A stretch of DNA of 64,000 nt. It comes from Lingula anatina. Its lineage: Eukaryota; Animalia; Brachiopoda. Location: positions 19,410,848-19,474,847 of the forward strand of contig CM120643.1 in assembly GCA_051362555.1 (NCBI GenBank), written 5' to 3'. Below, piece after piece: positions 52,001-63,452 of this stretch (its first letter is position 1; each line of letters begins with the position of its first letter). The translations under genes were made by a program, and so were the position numbers. The notes under the pieces were generated by a model, which worked only from the letters and a program-made list of their open reading frames with translations, was not told the origin of the DNA and made no database searches.

Positions 52001-55000
52001 TGCGTGACAGGGACTAGGCATATCTGACTGATGATCCTTTAAGGGTCATTTATCTCCCGATAGATGGCTCTGGCTGTCATGTTTCCTTGAGGAAATCTTT
52101 AATCAGTGCCCAATACCAAATTGTGGGAACTCAAATAAGAAACAATACCATATCTGTTACTTAAAAGAGTAAGGTCAAATATGCAGTTTACAGGACTGAC
52201 AAAATGGTGCATGATATGTTGATTTATATTTGAAGAATTTTATGAATTCAGAACCTTTACTCTATATTCCATTAATCATACCCGAACACTTGTGCCATTT
52301 AGTATAGTGTAACGTCTTTGTTTGAACATATGCGAGCATTTGGACGACGCTAAGGTGAATTAATAACATGAGACAAATGACGAACGAATAATAATTTTGA
52401 CTTTTGTCAATTGCAACTTAGATCATTACTTTACAAGTTGTTCTAAGATCCTGAAAGCTGAAGTTTAAAACAGGTGCAAATTTTATTGTGCAACGATGAA
52501 AAAACATAGTTTTGTAGTTTATGTGTTTTAAGCTTTTCTTATAAAAAAATTGTGTAACCGTTTGAAACGGTTATATTCAACTCCAGATTTGTGTAGAACT
52601 TAATCAAATAAACCTTGTTGCTCTTGTCAAAACAGATATTGATAGTAGCAGATCCTGATTGTGTCGTAGAAATTATTAAGCATTTGTAGCTCAAGTGCCG
52701 TGTGATTATAAACATATCTATTCTTTTTTCATATTCCAGGCTTTTTGGAAAACCGCGTAGTCAGAGTAGTGATGGCCACGAGATGGCGACACAAGACGCC
52801 ACATCATTAAAACGACGGGGTAACAAAGTACAGGTATGTCTATCGAAATTGTGATTTTCACTTTGATCGACACTTTATTCATGTGGTATGGTCGTGTCCC
52901 TGTCAAGGTTTCTCCATAGTAAGCTATGGTATACATGCTCTAGTTGGACGCCATATCTTGATCTTATCCAGAACCCTTGCTCTTACTGAAGAAAAATATT
53001 TTTATTGCCGAAGGTACACGATATGTGGGCTACGAAGATAGCCGAGTCGCCTGAATGTACCTGTGCTAATGCTCTAACTAACCGAGTCTCATAAAGTATA
53101 TGGACTCCTTTTATTTTACAGCCGGTTAAGGTACTGGAAGCCAATCGCTCGCGCTCTGTGGCCATATGGCTTCGTAGCCAGCAGTGTAAGCTGGAGAATG
53201 TCCACAGTGCAATTTACGACCTTGATTTCAACAAAGTAGACTTGGACAGGTGGGTAACACAAACCTGTGGCCTGAAATCTAGTTTTTTTTTTTGTTTTTT
53301 TTTTTCTGTGAAAATGATTATTTTAAGTTTTATTTTCTACGATATAGTTATTATTATGCTTTATCTACTTATAATCGCAATACTTTTCGTGTGGTATATT
53401 TCTGATCTTGCAGTTCCCCTAGCAAAGGGCCTTTTTTAACCGGAAACTAGAAAACTGGGAAAAACTAAAATTAATTTCCTGCTCGTTTGTATCCATAAAC
53501 ACACGAGAGATCACGTTTCCATGTTATACCAAATACGACAGTCTGGCACTAGTTAAATCTAAATTTGTATTTTAATATAATTTATCTGTTTCTGTTTCAG
53601 TTTGCAAACACTGAGAACAATCATCGCCACTCCTGAAGAACTGGAAAAACTTCACCAGCAAGTCAAGGCTAAATCTGCAGGTATGGGCGTCAGCAGGAAT
53701 TACGATATTTCACCAGACTCAGAAAAAAAAATCATTTCAATTGATTAAAATGAGTACTTAAAATGAGACCCGTTTCTTAAGCATCACTATGGCCTAGGCG
53801 TATAGATACTCGTTTCTCTTTTTCTGCCTTTAAATTGGTAAGGCAGTTACAAGGTGTTACGATAACCGAATGCTACACATCGTGTCGCATATGGCAAATG
53901 AATTGGGATATACTGCTCGATATATAAAATATATATCAAATGCACATTTATAAGTATAAAAATACAAATGTCATTAGTGTTAATGTATTAATATTATACA
54001 GTGTTCATATATCAGTTTCAATTTGTCTTTAGCTCCCCTCGACGAACCAGATCAGTTTTTGCTCGACTTGTCCAAAATGAGACACCTCACCGAGAGAATA
54101 GAGTGTCTCCTGTACAAACGCACCTTCACGGAAGCCATGTTTGATACAGGTAAGAACGTGCGAAGGTGTAAATTAATTGCGAAGGTGTAATTATGGAGAA
54201 AATAAGCTCCGTAGCGTGAATATTTTAAGCAGCTCAACATAACAAAGTTGTGCAACCATTGGTTTCACCTCAAGATCAAAGGGCACATTCTTGGAGATAG
54301 GTCAGTTTATTTCACGGAGGCCGCTTTTGATACAGGTAAAAACAAACAGATATGCTGATTTGTGGAGCAGTAAATAAGTAATATATGGGTTATTGTTTGT
54401 TGTTGATTAATAAAACGAAGTTCTGATGAAGCCATATTTGAGGCTGGGGGTAAACAAAATTGATACACAACAAAGTATCTAAAATGAGGAAAAAAATGTA
54501 TTACCACTGTATTTAGGTTACTAGAGGCGCATATAAAAAGTCAATAAATGAATTGAAGAACTCACGTGGGCACTTATTGGACTGTATGGCAGCTTGATCA
54601 TGAGCAAACCTTGGAAATAAATGAGTTCCCTTTTATAAGAAAACCTACAATGAACCCCTGCCTTTTTTACTTTACAGACCAACAGCTAACCTATCTGTTA
54701 AGTGCGTGTGACGAAGTGAAGAGCTGCAAGACTCTAAAGACGCTCATAGAGCTGGTGCTTGCTTTTGGGAACTACATGAACGGAGGGACTCAGAGAGGCC
54801 AGGCGGACGGCTTCGAGCTGCAGGCGCTCAGTAAAGTGAAGGACATTAAAAGTGTGGTACGTACGGCTGACACGTCCGAGAAATTCTGTTCTTTGTTCAT
54901 ATTAAATGCAGCGGACATGGCTGCCCCCCATCAAAAAAGTGTGTGCTGGTTCACTCTTCTTAAAAATGATGCAAAAACTTATGATGACAATTTCAGGAAT

Positions 55001-58000
55001 TTCTATTTTTAAAGCATCGATTTTCTTTTTGAAAAACTCACAACGATTTTTCTGTGTATAGTAGCGCATTCATCTCACTTCTCTCGCATTTCTAGGATGG
55101 CAGTATAAACCTACTCCAGCACATTATTCGCACCTACTGCAACGAGTTTGAAGAAAACTCGGGCAAGAATACCTCTAAATTCGACGTCCCCGAAATGCAA
55201 ACTCTCCAACAGGCAGCCTCGGTTTCGCTGGACGAAATCAAGGCGACCTTGGAGAGGACGCAGGGCGAGCTGGCGAGACACAAAACTAAGGCGGAGAAAA
55301 TCTACGAAGAGACGGAAGCTCATCTCATTCAACCTTTCAAGAATTACATGGAGGAGTTTTTTGAGACAGGTCGGTTAATTTCAGCGTGTATGACAATGCT
55401 GTTTTCCATGAGGGTTGAATTACTAGACTTACGGAGACTTTTCCGTGTAATGGCCATTGCAAAATTAGTGGCAAAACACCTCGTTAATACAACTCTTTCC
55501 GTGACTACATTTTTATGACTTTGTGAAATGTTCAGAAATTTTTGAATTTCGGTCGTAGCATAAACTGTTGGCAACATTGGCGTGCTCATACCCCCATAGT
55601 TCGGTGCTCTTCCTTCCAATTCTGCTCATTTGTTTTGAATTTCCATATACATATTTGGTTTATTGCAAAGATGGGCGAAACAGCACAAGAAAATTTAAGG
55701 AAAAATCAATTCTGATTGCTTAATCCAAGTTATCTCATTCTGGTTACAGCCGAGGACACTCATCTCTCCCAGATGCAGAAGTACACCGCGGCCACCTTTT
55801 CGTTTGAAGGTGTTGTAGCCTTCTTTACCTTTCGAAATGAAAATGATCAGGTAGGGTGAAGTTAAAGATGTTACCATATCTTTACATTTCCAACAAAATT
55901 GTTTTTTTAAATAACATAATCGAGTAAGGTAGGCCTCCAATTGGAGGTAGGAGTAACACATCTTCGGATAAGTTTTTAAAGCAAGTTAAATCATGTTGAT
56001 AAAAAATACCTTTTCTTTACAATTTTCTTTACAATTACTTTAAGCAAATTTTTGGCAAAAATTTTACTATTATAACAAAATTTCTCTATTTTGAATGGAA
56101 TATTTTTCTTTTTAGGCCACTCCAAGCGCGTTTTTCGGTATTTGGGTGTCGTTTTTGACCGACGCATCAGCTTTATGGAAAATAGAACAGAGGCGTATAG
56201 CACGAGAGATGTTCGAGAGAGTCCAAAGCAGACGCAAGGTTAGAACTAGGCATTTTACTTCTGTTTTGCTGCTTTTACCAGTGCGGCGTTTATAATAATA
56301 TTATAAGTATATGGTTTAGTGCCATACAAGGTGCTTGATGTTCTTCATGTCACTTCATAATGACGTTACATGTGGTATTTTCAATTTTTTGCCATTTTTG
56401 TTGGCCACATCTGCTTTGATTTTAAAGATAATTTATGTCTAGTTATTAGATGAGATTATATTGCACGAGCTTCACCAATCGTTTCATTTCTTAAAACACG
56501 TTCCCTTATAGAACTGTTTTTGTTTCAGACCCGCGCCGCCACCACCAAAATAGCGACCATCTCACACACGGAGCTTAAGGCGAAATTTTCCACTCATGGA
56601 CAGCAACAGAAAACCATCAAATTCCAGCAGCTTAACCCAAAGGTCGGCTTTCAAAACAGTCAACAACCTACCTCAAACAACGCTTTATCAAATGGAAGAA
56701 AAACACCCGACACACTTCTCAGTACTGACCACCAACAACAGCAGAACCAAGACTCGCCCCCAAGCTACCCGCCCCCTCCACCCCCTGTGGGAGATGACAC
56801 CCCAGGGGGAGAAGGCTTCTCATCGTCAACCAATGGGAGTTTAGGAAGAGGGCGGGTGAACGCTATCAAGGACATGTTCCAGCATCACCCTGCAGACGAC
56901 AGACGCGACACCCCTTCCCCGCCGCCCCTACCTCCCCGTATTCGACCAGTTCGGCTGTCCTACATCTCCTCTAAGCTTAGCAAGAGTTCGGAGGAGCTGG
57001 ACACCAGCGGGCTGGAGAGAATCCACGAGCTGAAATTCATGAAAGCCAGGGATCGCACCCCTCTCTCGCCGCTCTCTTTCTCCACGGCGGCGCAGTCGGA
57101 CAGCATGGAAGATATTTTGGCTAACGATTCTCTCTCGTCCGGGGGTGGTACTCCACACTCTGGGCACTCCAGTAAAAATAATGTGTCATCCTCTGGTGGG
57201 GAGTGCACCCCCCGGTCCCTGCCTTCTTCCGGGAGGGACGTCATGTCTCCGACATTGTCTAATTCGTCTGCGCATTCAAATGCTGCTGTGAAAAGCAGAG
57301 ATATTTCTTCGAGTTTGTCGCCGCCGTCAAATAATTTCAATCTCGCCGACAAAGACCGACAAAGCTCTTCAATGGTTGGGAAACCCGGAGAAAACCGACC
57401 GGTTTCGGCGTTTTCGAGTCTGTCTCCGAAAGTTATACGACAGTCTTTCAATAGCAGACGACAAAATGTGAATTTTCAGCAACAACAGCTACAGTCACCA
57501 AAGCAGCATTACCCGGTTCTGGACTTCAAAGCCATCGCTCTTTCTCCAAAATCTGGCGACAAAGATTCAGAGCCTTCTACCCCGGGGGTCACCGTCAATG
57601 GGATGACGAGAAACCCTCTCGCGTCATTAAGCGGCACCGAGGACGACACCCTGTACCTTACAATGAATAACCGGCGCTCGCAGCCGCCGCAAACCAACTC
57701 CCACGATGACAGCCGAGACTATATCGAGATGGACACGGCGCGCGCTATTCAGCAGAGCGGCAGCCCCCCTCCAGTCGTCCTGCCCAACGGCTTTAAGACC
57801 CCCGACCTTTTCATCATCAGGAACGGACACAACGGAGATGAGGTCATTAGCAGCTCCTCGGCGTCTAGCTCCCTCCAGAGGCCAGACAAGAAGTACACGT
57901 TTAGAAGAATCTCGGAGACAGGGTCAGAACAGTCGATCAAGAAGGGTTCTGGCGGTGGCAGTGCCCCTGGGTCCCCGGCGCCGCCGAAACCACAGCGGAC

Positions 58001-58181
58001 ATTCATGCAGTACGGAAAGCCAGGGTCTGACATGAACAGTAACTATATGAATGATAAGGGTTGGCGGAGGTCCTTTGGGAAGGGAAAAGTCCAAGGCAAT
58101 AATACCATTCCGTATGAAAGCGCCACTAACTCTTCCAAAAATCTTCTCGGTGGAAATGACGTATCGTATATGGCTGTTTGA
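38987..58181 (+). CDS. FMN/Cappuccino-subfamily formin (formin-2-like), ~1428 aa. Exons: 38987-39006, 47223-47459, 49414-50315, 50706-51026, 51616-51673, 52740-52833, 53122-53249, 53601-53680, 54033-54149, 54678-54856, 55096-55369, 55750-55850, 56116-56238, 56529-58181.
   Basis: caaaATGG start encoding MGNQQTR (cf. FMN2 MGNQ). FH2 motifs [83 protein letters not shown]...LWKIE are FMN-class. Every intron is GT-AG and in phase. The join across the 8.2-kb first intron is inferred from the phase-2 match. Confidence 0.9.
43001..43055. repeat. (AG)n microsatellite in formin intron 1
   Basis: Direct observation. Confidence 0.95.
47223..47459 (+). CDS. DEP-domain exon of the formin
   Basis: [13 protein letters not shown]...[21 protein letters not shown]...FEDSVHLYR|W fits the DEP pattern FxGxxLVxxL...R..A....Q.L.....I...F.D....LYR. 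Flanked by TTTCAG and AG|GTGAGA. Confidence 0.8.
56529..58181 (+). CDS. Large terminal formin exon (550 aa): FSI-like motif followed by a Ser/Pro-rich disordered tail
   Basis: Acceptor TGTTTCAG at 56528, in phase 0 with the preceding exon. Stop-free for 1.65 kb with coding-like GC content. Confidence 0.85.
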   Translation, partial: TRAATTKIATISHTELKAKFSTHGQQQKTIKFQQLNPKVGFQNSQQPTSNNALSNGRKTPDTLLSTDHQQQQNQDSPPSYPPPPPPVGDDTPGGEGFSSSTNGSLGRGRVNAIKDMFQHHPADDRRDTPSPPPLPPRIRPVRLSYISSKLSKSSEELDTSGLERIHELKFMKARDRTPLSPLSFSTAAQSDSMEDILANDSLSSGGGTPHSGHSSKNNVSSSGGECTPRSLPSSGRDVMSPTLSNSSAHSNAAVKSRDISSSLSPPSNNFNLADKDRQSSSMVGKPGENRPVSAFSSLSPKVIRQSFNSRRQNVNFQQQQLQSPKQHYPVLDFKAIALSPKSGDKDSEPSTPGVTVNGMTRNPLASLSGTEDDTLYLTMNNRRSQPPQTNSHDDSRDYIEMDTARAIQQSGSPPPVVLPNGFKTPDLFIIRNGHNGDEVISSSSASSSLQRPDKKYTFRRISETGSEQSIKKGSGGGSAPGSPAPPKPQRTFMQYGKPGSDMNSNYMNDKGWRRSFGKGKVQGNNTIPYESATNSSKNLLGGNDVSYMAV

Positions 58182-58720
58182 TGCTTGAATATAGCATAAT
58201 AGAGGAAATTTTAGTGTTTTATTTGAAAACGCACATTTACAAAATATGTATCGATAGAGGAGACGGACATTTTGATATGGGGAAACGGTATTATTTCTTT
58301 TCCACAAAAACAAAAATCTAAAATGCATCATCCAGCTTAAGTACTGCTACAAAGGTGTCTATGTATCATCTCTGTGAAGATTTTAAAAAAATCGTAAATC
58401 TTAAACATTACTTAAAAATTGCAGTTGAGCTTGGTTAACAGATTTAAGATTATTTTTCAAAACTGGTCGAGATAAGATCACATATGTCTGTACCGACAGA
58501 GATTCTTGCTGGTGGTAACTGTTATTTTTATTTCCCTTTTGGGAAGTTAAATATTCTGACGGCCTTCAGGGTCAAAGAGTATTGTCAAGTCAATATAACA
58601 CATTGTATCTAGTTTAATGTCGAGACATACCTCATTAAAATGTCATTTTACGAAGCTGCAATATAGGCCTATATGAGATGGAACTTAAATTCATGTGTTT
58701 CATTTTTATTTAAGATTAGA

Positions 58721-58879
58721 CAGGGCCGTAGCCTGAGCAAAATGCCAGGGGGGGCAGTAAGCGGACACGAGGGGGCGAAGCCCCCGAGGGGGGAGGGGGG
58801 GTCCCCCTCCCAGTGTGGAAAATTCTAAATCCCAGGGGGGGCAGCTGCCCCCCCTGCCCCCCCGGAGGCTACGGCCCTG
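58721..58879. mobile_element. GC-rich MITE downstream of the formin stop codon
   Basis: Perfect 14-bp TIR CAGGGCCGTAGCCT ... AGGCTACGGCCCTG with internal G/C tracts. TTAGA on both flanks. Confidence 0.85.
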
Positions 58880-60060
58880 TTAGATATCAGTTGAAATATA
58901 CCAATGCTGTCAATTAGAAATTATGGTGTTTCTGTCACAAGTAGGTAAAACGTACTAATTTATTAGTCATCTTCATCCTGAATTTCCAAGGTTGCAAATA
59001 ACGTACCTTTGGTAGAGGAAATTCACCGTCATTCCTTTTAAGCCAGGGTTTCATCATGGACGTTGCCTGCATCATATTGGTGTTGTGTAGATTGGCCATC
59101 AGGTGGCGCTTGGTCAAGAAAAACTAGCGAACCTGTCCTAGGTCTAAGTAGATTCTCACACTTTTATTTGTCATATATATCTTTTAGTTTTCATAAATTA
59201 TGTAAAGTGCTCCGAGATGAAGAAATAGATCATGAACAATTTCGTGCAAACAAACAACCGTCACATCTGACCAAAACACCGCCCTTCTTGCGGTAGTTTT
59301 GTGAAACAAAATTATGCAATATTCATGCGAAAGGTTCTGAGGCCTAATATTTATAATCTTTGATATTGTTAAAATAAAGTTATTCGTTTCTATTTGTTGA
59401 CTTTGGTTTTGTTAAATTTTTTTATCAATTCTATTGTTTTATAATCGCCATAAATGTTAAATTGAAGTGGAGATCCAATGAAGTAGGGAACGATTTGGAG
59501 GGGGGATCAAACAACAATGTTTTAGAGTGAGTTTGTGTAGACACTATCATATACAAAATGCCTGTTTGAACAAAACATTTTAGTATCACTTTATCTTTCA
59601 TCTCGTTTACATTTTACCACTAAAAGCGGTCAAATTGTTTTACCTTCTCCGATCGCAACTCCGTGTAGATTACAGCTCAATATGAAACTCAAACAACGGT
59701 ATGGCTGATAAAATTCAAAATTTATTCTTGTAATTTCAATATAGAAATACAAAGCAAAACAGTTTTTTTTTATACACAGAAGTAATACTAATTGATATTG
59801 TTAATAATTTGGGTACCAAACAATGACTGAGACAAGATTAAGTTTAATATTTGATAATTCTAAAATATTAAATGGAAAAGGGGCATCGAATGAGCTGGAT
59901 ATATCTTTAAAGTCTCATAAATAATGTGGAGTGCATAGAAATAGTGAGCCAAACGCGTTAAGAAAGGGGGGCAAAATATATTAAGAACGCCTCTCAATTA
60001 AAATTGCCATATATTGGCAATTATTTAAAAATCTTTTTCTCTAGGCGTTTCACCGACCGA

Positions 60061-61573
60061 TCAGTACACCTTCTGACTGTCGTGTGGGCATGCGTAGTCG
60101 TAGCACTCACAGCTCTGAGGAAGATCAAGCTCAAACCACGCGGCCTTGGAGTACGCATTAGTGTACGCGTCGTAGCAGCAGGCCAGCACGGTGCGGGTTT
60201 GGAAGTTGTCCGGGTTACAGCGGTGGATCCACCCGAACACCCGCGGCTTGTTACAGTACTTGGTGCTGGAATAAGATGCCTTTACATAAATCTCAACGGA
60301 CTGAGATTATCTCAATTCATTTTCAGCTAAAACGGCCTACTGACAGTCGTAATGTAAAAGCATAGTATTTTTTACTTTTTTTGCGCAACTATAGACAACT
60401 GAATGTCATGTTGCTATCAGAAAAGAAACCATTCGTGTTGGTCATGATGTAACCTGCTGACATGAGCCCGCTAGTAAAGTAATCGAAAATCTCAATTAAT
60501 CAACTTACGCGCATTCGACGTAGTAGACGGGTGCCTGGGGCCAGTAGATCCAGCACTGGTACGAGCTGGCGTGGTAGTTAGAGTTGGCGTTGTAGTCAGC
60601 GTTAGGGTTCCACTTGAATCCCACCACTCTAGACTTCTTGTCTGGGCACATGTCACACTTCTTCATAGAGTACCTGTTGAACATGTTGTCGTATTAATGA
60701 GATGACGTCACAATTATGCAAAGAAAATTTGTATATGGCGTCACAAACACGAGCCAAGAGTTACACGGGCTTATAGGAAAACACAACCGAATGAGGTTTT
60801 ATATATGGAATATGATTGCACACAATGAAAGAACCAGAAACAAACTTACCCGTGCAATTGTGGCTTTTCTCTCGGGCTGTAGGCTTGACCCAACTTGTTC
60901 GCCAAGTCATAATGCTGAGGAGCGTACTTCTTGAGATCATTTTCATATCGGGTTCTAAAACGAAAGCTAAAAAAATCATTTGATGTATGCAGATGTGTTT
61001 GGCTACATCGCAACTGAAGTCGAAAATTTACTTTGAGTTTAAAATTTTGAAAAACAAAAAATGTTAGGTGGTCCTTATTTGTTTTTTTTTTTACAATAGA
61101 CTACTCATGAATAAATGTGGCGACAAATCAATTGTTTTTCCATCTTATATTAGATGAAAACGATGGAATGTATTCTCCTCTTTTTAAATTATTATTATTA
61201 TTACTATTTTACTTATATTTTTATTAGGCCTATTACTTAAGGAAAAACAGCTCACTCACTTGTCAGCGTGAGAAGGCATATCAAAGATGAACGAATCTCG
61301 GTAGTTATAATAAACCGCGCTGACGTTCACAGGCACTGGGCATTCCGCTCCAAAGTCGTACACCATTTGATTGCGGTACAGCGCTCCAAGTCCACCACCT
61401 CCCAAAGGACCAGCTGGTAGAGGCTTGGGTCCTAATGAAGGGTGGGTCCCATAGGCTCCTACGGGAGAGCGAACGGGTTTTCCGGGGTAAAGCTGCTGCT
61501 GACTCCGGACGCCGTATTTCGTGGCTTGTGTCATGGAAACACACAGGTACAGGATTGCCAGGGCAAGGTTTGT
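60061..61573 (-). CDS. Secreted cystine-knot protein, Spaetzle/neurotrophin-like. Exons: 61260-61573, 60850-60954, 60509-60673, 60061-60265. Start exon not located.
   Basis: Four in-phase GT-AG exons (262 aa). Hydrophobic TNLALAILYLCVSMTQA looks like a signal peptide. A G/P/Y-rich pro-region follows, then KKCDMCPDKK...QCWIYWPQAPVYYVECATKYCNK...HRCNPDNFQTRTVLACC...WFELDLPQSCEC. The gene model is firm; the family call rests on Cys spacing only. Confidence 0.7.
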
Positions 61574-61583
61574 CTGGAATGTG

Positions 61584-61586
<3 letters not shown>

Positions 61587-61680
<94 letters not shown>
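61587..61680. repeat. Compound (AT)n(AG)n microsatellite next to the acceptor of the cystine-knot gene
   Basis: Direct observation. Confidence 0.95.
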
Positions 61681-61682
<2 letters not shown>

Positions 61683-62446
61683 TTGCCTTCGGGATTATTC
61701 ATTATCTATTTTCATAATCTTTGTTTCAAGTCGTATGGATTTCCAACACACAATTTAATCTCAAAATTTATTACGTTTCCTTACTAAAATTCTATACAAA
61801 AATCTCTTTGGGAGACCTTCACTCAAATGACCGATACTTATAGTTTTTTAAACTGGTTCATTAATCGAATAGAAACTAATGTGTAAACTAGGGGGACCCT
61901 ACCCTCGTTTAAATAAAATTTTAAATTATACTGAAAACTCACCAAATTCATTGTGTTCCTCTTCCACAAATCTGAATCATGAACAGATGCAAAGAGACCT
62001 TTCCGAGCACTTTATATACCCACTTTTTCTTGATTTTTACATGAATCATTTCAAAAAAGAAATAAACAAAATATTTTAATTAATAAGGAAATGGAGTTTT
62101 TTCAGGTGACAGCTGAAGTAATAGCAGGCTTCAATTAAATAAGAAAGATATCAATTTAAAATTCTTTTTGTACCATGAAATTAAATTTCACGATCGCGTG
62201 CAACAAATGATATTTCTAAAATAAAACCCAGTTTAAGTTGAAAGTTATTGACCAAAAAAAGCACGAATTTCACAAGTATCCCTTCATCATAAGTCATATG
62301 AGAAATAGTCCATTATGAACGTGATGTCTCCGCTAAATAAAATGAAACGATTTCCATACTAACTAGAAAGATGTTTTCAATTTTTTCTCTGAAAAAAATC
62401 ATTTATACGTGTAGTGCGTAAAAGTTAACTGCAGAATTTTGACGTT

Positions 62447-62447
<1 letters not shown>

Positions 62448-62503
<56 letters not shown>
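62448..62503. repeat. Poly-A tract (~56 nt)
   Basis: Direct observation. Confidence 0.9.
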
Positions 62504-62504
<1 letters not shown>

Positions 62505-63280
62505 ATATTTAAAAAAATCCCTATGGTATACAACTTTCTGTCAGTTATTTTGTTGATTTCACAAAAAAATATCCGATAGCTATTTGACTGTTAAGACGTT
62601 TTTCTTGGATTAGCTAAGGTCTAATTTAATGTAATCATGCAGGTCTATTATTTCTAACGCACGCAGCACATATTTTTCCTGGACCATAAATTGTTATTTG
62701 TATAATTTTGAATTCATAGCATGTCATAATGAACATTGAAAAAACAATTTACAGGCCCTTTCAAGGCTAAACCGTACGTGTGAATCAACAGAGGGACGGG
62801 GAGGAATTATCCAGTAATTCAACCAACCGCTGCCAGATAATGGATAGATTTATATCATCGTGACATATAACATCGCTTTCATTATTACTGTTTTTTTTCA
62901 TCAATTTTTTTTTTTTTTTTTTTTTTGTGGAAAGTTATAACAAACACGTGACACATTGTCTATATGCCGTAAAAGGGTAAGCAATGGGGCGGGAATTCGC
63001 AAATCTAAATATGACGACGGATTTTAGTCAGGTTTTCGATTCCCCTTAATGTCTTTCTCCATTATGGAATTTGAAGAAATATGTCTATGTCTTTAAAAAA
63101 TAGGCATTGGCCTTCAGTCTTGGCCATAAATCAGCAGCTTTGTAAACTAAAATATACAGAGAGCTACTCTATTAAGTGTTTGGAGCTGTTTCGATATCAT
63201 TTCATTAATCAAAATGGCCGTCAAAAGCATAGGAAATGATCCCCTGCCTGGCGTGTCCCCTCTTAGACTCTGCCTGAGGA

Positions 63281-63452
63281 CCCCCATGTGCACGATGGTC
63301 CACGTCTAAGGCTCCCCATGGGTAAAGTGATACACGTCTAAGCCCCCCCCACCCCATGGGTAAGGAGATCCACGTCTAAGGCTCCCCGTGGGTAAAGTGA
63401 TCAACGTCTGAGTCTCCCCATGGACAAAGACTTGGTAATCCACGTCTGGGGG
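63281..63452. repeat. Minisatellite, ~5 copies of a ~32-bp unit (CCCCATGGGTAAAGTGATCCACGTCTAAGGCT)
   Basis: Degenerate tandem copies read directly from the sequence. Confidence 0.85.

Noticed and set aside
63281-63452. CRISPR-like appearance of ~32-bp repeats
   Set aside because: Units are contiguous with no unique spacers, there are no cas genes, and the context is eukaryotic; it is a minisatellite.
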